From positions 1-13,436 of the forward strand of contig JAYPQH010000040.1 in the NCBI GenBank assembly GCA_038131935.1: a stretch of 13,436 nt of DNA. Direction: 5' to 3'. The notes beneath the pieces were generated by a model. That model was not told the DNA's origin. It saw only the letters and a list, made by a program, of their open reading frames with translations, and made no database searches. This document shows, one piece after another, positions 1-8,251 of this stretch. Each line of letters starts with the position of its first letter. The stretch's first letter is position 1. Both the position numbers and the translations under genes were made by a program. Source of the DNA: Alphaproteobacteria bacterium (lineage in GTDB: Bacteria; Pseudomonadota; Alphaproteobacteria; UBA8317).

Positions 1-359
1 ATTACTTTGAGCTGGAAGTCCGCTTCCCATGCGCTGTCATCAAGCGCTTCCAACCCATAAGCAGCGGAAGCTCCAGCGTTATTAATAAGGATATCTACTC
101 CGCCAAATTGGTCTTTTGCGCTGGTTACAAGTGCTGTGCAAACTGTTGGGTCCGTGACGCTTCCAGCATAGGCAAATGCATTTCCACCACCGCTGGCTTT
201 TACTATTTCTGCAGCAGCTGCAAGATGATCGGCACGACGTGCATTCATGATAACATTGGCACCTTCGGCAACAAAGCGTTTCGCTGTTGCTAAGCCGAGC
301 CCATCACTTGCACCGGTGATGATGGCAGTCTTACCGCTTAATTCTAGGTTGAAAGACAT
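1..359 (-). CDS. Short-chain dehydrogenase/reductase (classical SDR), N-terminal part; continues beyond the window start
   Basis: Not in the ORF track. Manual translation from ATG at 359 gives MSFNLELSGKTAIITGASDGLGLATAKRFVAEGANV...FGGVDILINNAGAS...WEADFQLKV, open to position 1. It has the TGxxxGxG cofactor motif and the NNAG motif. An AAGGAG RBS lies at 374-369. Confidence 0.93.
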   Translation of the reverse strand, partial: MSFNLELSGKTAIITGASDGLGLATAKRFVAEGANVIMNARRADHLAAAAEIVKASGGGNAFAYAGSVTDPTVCTALVTSAKDQFGGVDILINNAGASAAYGLEALDDSAWEADFQLKV

Positions 360-625
360 TTTGAAGAACTCCTTGCAATATATATCATGAAAGCCTTGTT
401 GGTTGATCAACAGCTGTCTGTAAATGTTTTAAAAACAAGCGTGAACAAAAACCTCCGCATAATTAAACATTAAAAAAGTAAAAAGCTTTGAAACTCTTTA
501 TCCGTTAAATTATATTTGTTCACCTTGCGCAAGAAAACATACTTTAAAGACTTACTTTTATGAGATTTTACTGGTGGTAAATGATGGGACGCTTATGTTG
601 GGTTTACATAAAGACCCAATCGGGC

Positions 626-644
626 TTGATGACCTTTTCATCAA
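626..644. promoter_or_regulatory. Perfect inverted repeat TTGATGA-N5-TCATCAA; candidate operator or RNA hairpin
   Basis: Arms at 626-632 and 638-644, in the divergent intergenic region between the SDR and ABC genes. Function is unknown. Confidence 0.3.
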
Positions 645-916
645 AAATTTTCTTAAAGACCATAGCGGCATGAAATTTTAAGGGTTGATCAGCAATTCTA
701 TTTTTTCCACTCTGCTTGGTAGGCGTGAGTCTCTATTTACAACAATAAGCAGTCTGTCTCTGGTTCAATAGTTGTGGTTGGTTAATCATATAAATTACTT
801 CGTGCCACTTTCTTTTTGGGTTGAATATGCATCAGTGCTGCGTAAATTTATCCCTTGATTGCGTCTCAAATGAAGATAAGGTGATGTTAAGTAACATGTA
901 GCAGAAGGATATTCCT

Positions 917-2459
917 ATGTTTAAGTATTTAATGTTGACGGCTGTGATTGCCTCTTCAACTGTCACGTCTGTATCTGCTGAGACCATTCGATGGGCACGC
1001 GCTGGAGATGCGATCACCATGGACCCTCATGCCCAAAATGAGGGACCAACGCATGCACTTAATCACCAGATTTATGACTCTTTATTGCAGAGAGATATGG
1101 CTGGTGCCATTATTCCATCATTGGCAACAAGTTGGGCCGCCTTGCCAGATAATCCCAATGTGTGGAGATTTAGTCTCCGTAAAGGTGTAACATTTCACGA
1201 TGGTGCCACCTTTGATTCAGAGGATGTTGTCTTTTCGCTTAACCGCGCGAAAGCTGATGGTTCTGAGATGAAAGAATTATTGTCCTCTGTAAAGGAGGTC
1301 AGGGCAGTCGACGCACATACCGTTGATATTGAAACGCACGGAGCCAACCCGCTTTTGGTCAATAACCTGACCAATATGTTTATCATGGATAAAGGTTGGT
1401 CTGAAGTTCACAATGTTATGACACCACATGATGTGGCCAAAGGTGAAACCAATTTTGCAACAATGAACACCAATGGAACCGGTGCCTTTATGCTCGTTAG
1501 CCGCTCCGTTGATGAAAAAACAGTTTTAAAGGCTAATCCAAATTATTGGGGCAAGATATTACCCCAACCAGGTTTCGAAATTATCTACACACCGATCCAA
1601 TCTGCAGCGCACGTGTTGCAGCCTATTATCTGGTGAGGTTGACCTCATTCAAGATGTGCCAGTGCAGGATTTGAGGCGCGTTGCCTCACAACCTGAATTG
1701 CAACTTGCGACTGCAGCACAAAACCGGGTTGTTTTCTTTGGTGTGGATACAGTGAACGGGCCTACATCAAAGCTTCAAGTGCGCCAGGCCATGAACATAG
1801 CGATCAATCGTGACGCCATCAAAAAGGTGGTCATGCGCGGTCAATCAGATCCTACTGGTGTTATCATGCCACCATTTGTGAATGGCTGGAACGCTGATTT
1901 GAATAAATATCCTGATTTTGACCTCAAAAAAGCAAAAGCATTAATGGCTGAAGCAGGTTATGAGAATGGATTTGATATCGTCCTGAATTGCCCGAATGAT
2001 CGGTATATTAATGATGAGGCTATTTGTCAGGCTGTCGTAGGCATGATGGCGCAAATTGGTGTAAGGGTGACGCTTGATGCTAAGCCAAAAGCGCAGCATT
2101 TCCCGATTGCAAAGGGAGGTGACTCAGATTTTTACATGCTGGGATGGGGTGTCCCAACATTCGACTCACATTATATCTTTAACTTCCTGGTGCATACGCA
2201 AACGGATAAGAGGGGTTCATGGAATCCTACGGGTTATTCCAATGCGGATGTTGACGCTATGATTGTTAGCTTGGAATCAGAGACTGACCTTGCCAAGCGA
2301 GATCAAACCATTGCCAAGATATGGGCAGAGGTTCAGAAGGCACAAATTTACCTTCCCATCCACAACCAGGTGCTGAATTGGGGTATGCGTAAGGACATTG
2401 CATTCGATGTTCAGCCAGAAGATCAGCCGCATTTTCAATTTCTTAAATTTAATAAATAA
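917..2459 (+). CDS. ABC transporter substrate-binding protein, family 5 (DppA/OppA/NikA-like); one gene interrupted by frameshifts at ~1555-1623
   Basis: ORFs 917..1636 and 1656..2459 are the two halves. There is a Sec-type signal peptide (MFKYLMLTAVIASSTVTSVSA/ETIRW) and family motifs LRKGVTFHDG, GTGAF and VRQAMNIAINRDAI. The linker SAA-[T]-RVAA-LLSGEVDLIQDVP can be read across three frames at 1601-1660. AAGGA RBS at 905-909. Confidence 0.92.
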
Positions 2460-2466
2460 ATAGATT

Positions 2467-2503
2467 TGACCCTGTGAGCTTCCCAGCGAGCAGGGTCATT
2501 TTT
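2467..2503 (+). terminator. Intercistronic stem-loop after the substrate-binding protein gene (partial terminator or mRNA stabiliser)
   Basis: TGACCCTG (2467-2474) pairs with CAGGGTCA (2491-2498), with an inner GCT/AGC pair, followed by TTTTT (2499-2503). Confidence 0.65.
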
Positions 2504-2511
2504 AAGAAAAA

Positions 2512-3495
2512 ATGCTGATCATTGTCCTTAGAAGGCTTAGCCAAGCAATATTTGTGTTGCTCTTTGTAGCGCTCATTTCTTTTTTGATTTTTCGTTATGT
2601 CGGAAATCCCGTGGAAAGCTTGCTTGGCCAAGAAGCAACTGTTGCACAGCGCGCTGCTTTGGAAGAAGCGTTGGGCCTGAATGATCCAATATTTGTGCAG
2701 TATTTTGAGTTTGTCTGGCGTGCTCTTCAATTCGATTTTGGGAATTCTTACAGGGGTGCGTTACCTGTTTCTGATTTAATTCTTCAGCGTCTTCCAGCTA
2801 CGCTTGAATTGGCATGCACATCAGCCTTTTTTGCTGTTGTTTTTGGTTTGTTGGCCGGGCTTTACACTGCCATTAATAAAGGAAGCTTGGTCACCAATAT
2901 GATCTTATCAAGTTCACTCATTGGGGTCTCACTCCCAACTTTTTTAATTGGCATCCTTTTGATTTGGCTTTTTTCTGTAGAATTGAATTGGCTGCCTTCG
3001 TTTGGTCGTGGAGAGGTCGTAGACTTAGGTTGGTGGACAACGGGATTTTTAACCACGAGTGGGCTCAAGTCTCTCATTTTGCCGTCAATAACGTTAGGTT
3101 TGTATCAAATGACCCTTATCATGCGTTTGACCAGGGCTGAGATGCTTGAAGTCTTGCAGCAAGATTACATAAGGCTCGCAACAGCTTTAGGTCTGTCAAA
3201 AAAACAACTATATATATTTCACGCTCTTCCCAATATTCTCATCCCCGTTATCACCATTACAGGTTTACAATTTGGGTCTGTGATTGCTTTTGCCATTATT
3301 ACAGAGACCGTTTTTCAATGGCCTGGTGTTGGGCTGTTGTTCATCAATGCCGTCTATTTTGTCGATATTCCTGTTATGAGTGCGTACTTGCTATTGGTAG
3401 GTTTTGTATTTGTTGTGATCAACCTGATCGTTGATCTTTTATATTTGGTGGTTGACCCACGTTTGCGTGATACCCAATTGCGGGGCGAAAGCTAA
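2512..3495 (+). CDS. ABC transporter permease, DppB/OppB-like
   Basis: 327 aa with multiple hydrophobic segments. Motifs DFGNSY, RLPATLELA, EAA loop (MLEVLQQDYIRLATALGL), ETVFQWPGVG and DLLYLVVDPR. Confidence 0.95.
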   Translation: MLIIVLRRLSQAIFVLLFVALISFLIFRYVGNPVESLLGQEATVAQRAALEEALGLNDPIFVQYFEFVWRALQFDFGNSYRGALPVSDLILQRLPATLELACTSAFFAVVFGLLAGLYTAINKGSLVTNMILSSSLIGVSLPTFLIGILLIWLFSVELNWLPSFGRGEVVDLGWWTTGFLTTSGLKSLILPSITLGLYQMTLIMRLTRAEMLEVLQQDYIRLATALGLSKKQLYIFHALPNILIPVITITGLQFGSVIAFAIITETVFQWPGVGLLFINAVYFVDIPVMSAYLLLVGFVFVVINLIVDLLYLVVDPRLRDTQLRGES

Positions 3496-4404
3496 ATGAT
3501 CAAGCGCTTCTTGCATTCGGATTTTTTTTATGAATTCCAACGAAATCCTGTAGCTGTTTTGTCACTGTTGGTGATAGCTCTCATTATACTAGCTGCTATA
3601 CTCGCAGATTTTATTGCGCCACATAATCCCTTTGAGCCTGCCAGCTTGAATTTATTGAATGGTTTTACCCCACCTCTACAAGCTAATGATTTCACCGGTG
3701 AAACATTTCTCATGGGTACGGATGACCAAGGAAGAGATCTTTTCTCTACTATTCTGTTTGGGCTGCGGATCTCTCTTTTTGTTGGTATGATGTCAGTCAT
3801 TCTGGCAATGATCCTTGGGGTAACATTGGGTTTGATTGCGGGTTTTGTCGGTGGATGGATTGATGCGTTTATTATGCGGTTTGCTGATATCCAAATGACA
3901 TTTCCCTCAATTTTGGTCGCTATGCTTATCTATGGTGTGGCCAAAGGGCTTTTGCCTCCAGACCTCCGCTATGAAATGTCTATTGCAGTGCTGATCATTT
4001 CTATTGGATTGTCTGAATGGGTGCCGTTTGCAAGAACGGTCCGCGGATCCACCCTTGTGGAAAAAGAGAAAGAATATATTACGGCTGCAAAGATGTTAAA
4101 CTTAAGCAATCGTCAGCTGATGATACGCCATCTTTTGCCCAATGTTCTGAGTCCCGTTTTGGTGATTGCGACCATAACATTTGCATTGGCTATTATTGCT
4201 GAAGCCACATTGTCTTTTCTAGGGGTGGGTGTGCCCACAACAAAGCCAAGTTTGGGTACACTCATTCGCATAGGACAAGATTTTTTATTTTCCGGCGAAT
4301 GGTGGATTTTGTTCTTTCCAGCCATCACTTTATTAATGCTTGCGTTATCCATTAATCTATTTGGCGATTGGTTGCGCGACATGCTGAATCCAAAACGAAA
4401 ATGA
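3496..4404 (+). CDS. ABC transporter permease, DppC/OppC-like
   Basis: 302 aa. Motifs GTDDQGRD, EYITAAK...RHLLPN, EATLSFLGVG and GDWLRDMLNP. The ATG directly abuts the previous stop codon. Confidence 0.95.
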   Translation: MIKRFLHSDFFYEFQRNPVAVLSLLVIALIILAAILADFIAPHNPFEPASLNLLNGFTPPLQANDFTGETFLMGTDDQGRDLFSTILFGLRISLFVGMMSVILAMILGVTLGLIAGFVGGWIDAFIMRFADIQMTFPSILVAMLIYGVAKGLLPPDLRYEMSIAVLIISIGLSEWVPFARTVRGSTLVEKEKEYITAAKMLNLSNRQLMIRHLLPNVLSPVLVIATITFALAIIAEATLSFLGVGVPTTKPSLGTLIRIGQDFLFSGEWWILFFPAITLLMLALSINLFGDWLRDMLNPKRK

Positions 4405-4419
4405 TTGAGGACACACGCT

Positions 4420-5372
4420 ATGGGCACCCCTGTTTTGGAAGTAAATCGGTTAACCGTGCATTTGAAGAAGCGCAAAAATATATTTAAGGTTATCGATGAT
4501 CTGTCGTTTGAGGTGTATCCGGGGGAAATTCTAGGTCTTGTTGGCGAGTCTGGTGCAGGAAAATCCATAACAGGATCTGCTATTATTGGTCTTATAGAAC
4601 CACCGTTATTTATCTCATCAGGTGAAATTAGTCTTCATTCGAAAATAATTGATCATCACACACAAAAGCTGCGTGGCACAGAAATTTCAATGGTTTTTCA
4701 GGATCCTTTAATGAGCCTAAACCCATTGCGTCGCGTGGGTGATCAGCTGGTTGAGACGATAGACGCATATCAAAATGTCAAAATCTGACGCCATAGAGCG
4801 GGCAAAGCAGCTGTTAGCTGAAGTTGGCATTGATCCAGCACGTTTCAATACCTATCCCCACACATTTTCTGGAGGGATGAGGCAGGAGTGGTGGTTGCAC
4901 TTGCTTTGCTCCCGAACCTTCACCATCATTGCAGATGAACCAACAACAGCTCTCGATGTGTCTGTGCAGGCGCAAATATTACGGTTGCTGAAAACACTCT
5001 GTAGCCAGAGGGGCACGGCTATAATTTTGATCACCCATGATATGGGCGTGATTGCACAAACTGCCGATCGGGTGGCTGTGTTGTACGCAGGTCGTTTGGC
5101 AGAAGTGGGGCGTACTTATAAAATTTTACATGCTCCAAAGCACCCTTACACAAAGGGCTTGGTTGCTGCGACACCTAAAATTGATGCTTCTTCAGTTGCA
5201 CAAAAACTTTACCAAATTCCTGGATCCATACCCAGTTTGGATCAAATACCTACTGGCTGCGCATTTCACCCAAGATGTGCTCAGGCGGTTGCAAAATGCC
5301 AACAAGCTCGGCCTCCTCTTTTGTCAGGAGGCGGCATGTTGGCTCCTTGATGGAAACGAGGGTGCAATATGA
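4420..5372 (+). CDS. ABC transporter ATP-binding protein, DppD/OppD-like; one gene with several frameshifts
   Basis: Walker A GESGAGKS and Q-loop MVFQDP are in ORF 4405..4788. Signature FSGGMRQ, Walker B IIADEPTTALD, H-loop ITHD and GCAFHPRC are in ORF 4775..5350. The family C-terminus AACWL is in a third frame ending at TGA 5372, which overlaps the next ATG (ATGA 5369-5372). The likely start is ATG 4420 behind GAGGA at 4407-4411. Confidence 0.9.
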
Positions 5373-6193
5373 GTTACGTGAATGCCCATCAAATAACCCG
5401 ACATTTTGACATATCAGATCCCTGGATTGTCCGCAAAATTATGGGGCGGGAGAAGAATGTGCTGACGGCGGTAAAGGCGGTGAGTTTTGCTATTCCTAAA
5501 GGACAAACCTATGCCTTGGTTGGTGAGAGTGGTTCGGGAAAATCTACAATTGCGCAGATGGTGGCAGGTTTACTGAGGCCATCCTCAGGGACCATCACAA
5601 TAAATGGTCATGATTTTTGTGACCCTCATTTGAGTGTGCAAGACAGACTTGCGATGCGACGCTGGGTTCAAATGGTGTTTCAATCACCTTATGCAAGTTT
5701 AAACCCCCGCTGGAAGATTAGAGATATCTTACGCGAACCTATTGTTGCATTTGGCTTGCTAGAAGATCGTTCGGCCCAGGATAAGCGGGTGGTTGAGTTG
5801 TTAGAACAAGTTGGTCTGTCACCTAAAGATGGAGAAAAATACCCGCATGAATTTTCGGGTGGCCAAAGACAAAGGATCTCTATTGCGAGGGCAATAGCAT
5901 CACAACCTGAGTTGATTATTTGTGATGAACCAACATCTGCTCTTGATGTATCGGTTCAGGCACAGGTTCTTAACCTTCTGAAGGATTTACAGCGTCAATT
6001 TTCGCTCACATACCTCTTTATTTCGCATGATTTGGCTGTCATCTCAACGATGGCGAACAGAATTGGGGTACTTCAAGCAGGCGAATTGGTGGAAGAAGCA
6101 GATGCATCAGTTCTTTTTACATCTCCTCAACATGAATACACAAAGTTACTTTTAGATGCGGCACCTAATATGAAGATGGAGGCCCCATCGTGA
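5369..6193 (+). CDS. ABC transporter ATP-binding protein, DppF/OppF-like
   Basis: 274 aa, intact. Motifs GESGSGKS, MVFQSPYASLNPR, FSGGQRQR, ICDEPTSALD, ISHD and PQHEYT. Confidence 0.96.
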   Translation: MSYVNAHQITRHFDISDPWIVRKIMGREKNVLTAVKAVSFAIPKGQTYALVGESGSGKSTIAQMVAGLLRPSSGTITINGHDFCDPHLSVQDRLAMRRWVQMVFQSPYASLNPRWKIRDILREPIVAFGLLEDRSAQDKRVVELLEQVGLSPKDGEKYPHEFSGGQRQRISIARAIASQPELIICDEPTSALDVSVQAQVLNLLKDLQRQFSLTYLFISHDLAVISTMANRIGVLQAGELVEEADASVLFTSPQHEYTKLLLDAAPNMKMEAPS

Positions 6194-6288
6194 CCCCATG
6201 ATCATGTTGCAGTTTATGAACGCATAGGATTTCATGAGGATATTTGTGACATAGTGCGGTCATGATCAATTTTGGATGAAGGATTAAC

Positions 6289-7434
6289 ATGATGACGCAA
6301 GAAAAAATCCCAGCGGTTTTTGTCCGAGGAGGTACCAGCAAAGGTGTTTTCTTTCATGCGAAAGATCTTCCCGCGTCACAAAGTGAGAAGGATCAAATGT
6401 TTCTGAAGGTGCTTGGAAGCCCTGATCCGTATCAAAGACAGCTTAACGGTATGGGAGGGGGGCTCTCATCTGTGTCAAAGGTTGCAATTATTGAACGGTC
6501 AACGAGACCAGACGCAGATGTTGATTATACGTTTGTCCAAATTGCAGTTGACAAACCCATTGCAGATTATGGTCAAGCTTGTGGTAATTTATCAGCATCT
6601 GTTGGACCTTTTGCCATTGAGGAAGGTTTGCTGAAGGTTCAAGACGGAGAGGTGACAGTCCGCGTTTATAATACCAACACAGACAAAATCTTTCATGCAC
6701 ATTTCCAAGTGCGCCACGGTCGTGCGGTGGAAATAGGTGATTTTGAAATGTCGGGTGTTGCGGGGTCAGGTGCGAAGATAAAACTTGACTATATTCATCC
6801 AGGTGGTGCCAAAAGTGCAGCTTTTCTTCCTACTGGTCATCAAACCGATAGTACGAAGCTTGCAGATCTAGGTCTCATAGAAATGTCGCTTATTGATGCT
6901 ACAAATCCCGTTGTTTTTGTGCGTGCTGTAGATTTTGGGATCACAGGCCATGAGGCACCAGACATCCTTGAATCCAATAATGATTTGATGTCCAAACTTG
7001 ATATTGTTCGCCGTCAGGCGGGCGTTATGATGGGATTATCTTCCAAACCTGACAGCGTGGCACTCTCAAATCCCAAAATTGCACTTTTATCAACACCGGC
7101 TGATTATCAGACGATAAGTGGAGAATTTGTGGCCGCTGATCAGTATGATATTGGCATCCGAATTGTTTCCATGGAGCGTATGCATCGCGCGGTAACAGGA
7201 ACTGGTAGCATGTGTCTCGCTGCAGGCTGTCAGGTGGTGGGAAGTTTGCCCCATCAACTGGCTAACAATATTGAAAAAGGAATGGATGTGCGTATTGGAA
7301 CCCCTTCTGGTGTCATGGTTGTGGCCGCAAGTGCAAGTCAGGATAGCGATGGAATCTGGCATGCTCATAGTGTTACGGTCTATCGAACCCAGCGAAGATT
7401 GATGGAAGGGTTTGTTGTGTTGCCTCGGGGATAG
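6289..7434 (+). CDS. PrpF-family isomerase (diaminopimelate-epimerase fold; aconitate/methylitaconate/oxalomesaconate isomerase-like), substrate unknown
   Basis: 381 aa. N-terminal RGGTSKG, GSPDPY..Q..GMGG..S..SKV, catalytic CGN, DATNP and SMERMHRA..GTG motifs. An AAGGA RBS lies just upstream. Confidence 0.92.
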   Translation: MMTQEKIPAVFVRGGTSKGVFFHAKDLPASQSEKDQMFLKVLGSPDPYQRQLNGMGGGLSSVSKVAIIERSTRPDADVDYTFVQIAVDKPIADYGQACGNLSASVGPFAIEEGLLKVQDGEVTVRVYNTNTDKIFHAHFQVRHGRAVEIGDFEMSGVAGSGAKIKLDYIHPGGAKSAAFLPTGHQTDSTKLADLGLIEMSLIDATNPVVFVRAVDFGITGHEAPDILESNNDLMSKLDIVRRQAGVMMGLSSKPDSVALSNPKIALLSTPADYQTISGEFVAADQYDIGIRIVSMERMHRAVTGTGSMCLAAGCQVVGSLPHQLANNIEKGMDVRIGTPSGVMVVAASASQDSDGIWHAHSVTVYRTQRRLMEGFVVLPRG

Positions 7435-7612
7435 GCGAATGATGGTGGCGTCTTCACATCTTGGTTGTTCAATGTGTTTGTTGGAACAGGAGAGCGAGCA
7501 TTCCTTAAGAACACGATATGAATACATATCTTTCGTATAGCGCTACGACAACAAGTTTTTGTCTCACGGCATGATCGCTCGAAATATAGGAAATGCCAGC
7601 TTCATCTAAAAA

Positions 7613-8152
7613 TCAGACGACGCCGGTATATTCACCACGCGCTGGGTAATTTTTTGCGATAGCAAAATCCAAAGCTTTCACAAGTTCTGAAAAATGTGGC
7701 CTAACAAAAGGCATGGTTTGAACAGACCCGTAGTATAATGTTTGTTCAGGCGTGATCATGAATAGACCTGGCTCTGAAAATAGTGCTGGTTCTTCAATGC
7801 CAATGGATGTCGTTCCCCTTGATGTCGAAAGATACAAACCCCATTCCCGCGCCTTTGAAAGAGGTAGGTCAAAGCCAAGTCGTAAACCGTCAGCGCCAAT
7901 TTTGTTGGCCATGTCACGGGTCCTGACTTCATCGTCAGTGCTGATCGCTATGGTACCCACGCCACGTTGTGCAAATGCAGATACAAGGTTTTGAAACTCA
8001 GACAAATACGTGGCGCAGATTGGGCAGTGAAGCCCACGGTAAAAACAGATAACTGTTCCTCGCTCATATGATTCTTCCGCAAGATTGAAAACACCATGAT
8101 CCAAGGTTGGAAGGAGCAAATCAGGTACTTTCTGTCGAGGTACAAGCATCAT
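7613..8152 (-). CDS. Peroxiredoxin-like AhpC/TSA family protein (thioredoxin fold, CxxC)
   Basis: 179 aa. Motifs FYRGLHCPIC, AISTD, FSEPGLF, QTMPFVRP and YPARG. GAGAGG RBS at 8163-8158. Confidence 0.9.
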   Translation of the reverse strand: MMLVPRQKVPDLLLPTLDHGVFNLAEESYERGTVICFYRGLHCPICATYLSEFQNLVSAFAQRGVGTIAISTDDEVRTRDMANKIGADGLRLGFDLPLSKAREWGLYLSTSRGTTSIGIEEPALFSEPGLFMITPEQTLYYGSVQTMPFVRPHFSELVKALDFAIAKNYPARGEYTGVV

Positions 8153-8251
8153 AAATTCCTCTCGGTATATGCGTGATGGATCACATGAAAAATATTGAAC
8201 GCAAACAAAGAACTTAAAGATGCTTGGGTAAAAGGCAAGAAGGAAATCAAT

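Noticed and set aside
108-293. 61-aa Cys-rich plus-strand ORF
   Set aside because: It is antisense to the SDR gene; the cysteines arise from GCA alanine codons on the other strand.
595-681. 28-codon ORF MLGLHKDPIG... in the intergenic region
   Set aside because: It has only a weak RBS-like sequence and no recognisable motif, and its length is compatible with chance.
821-834. TGAATATGCATCA upstream of the ABC operon as a second GntR operator
   Set aside because: It shares only TGAATA with the 11601 palindrome, which is too weak to call without a motif model.
1601-1660. Programmed ribosomal frameshift or genuinely split binding protein
   Set aside because: No slippery heptamer is present, and multiple separate shifts would be needed to read the conserved sequence.
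4113-4568. 151-aa minus-strand ORF
   Set aside because: It is the antisense shadow of the permease and ATPase genes; PAPDSPTRP is the reverse complement of the Walker A region.
5052-5372. 106-aa plus-strand ORF as a separate gene
   Set aside because: It is an alternative frame within the ATPase gene; only its last ~13 codons are the true displaced C-terminus.
6197-6268. CATGATCATG palindrome and a second CATGATCA upstream of prpF
   Set aside because: These are short, similar words occur inside coding regions of this window, and no promoter context is evident.
7090-7527. 145-aa minus-strand ORF
   Set aside because: It is mostly antisense to the prpF-like gene and has no recognisable motifs.
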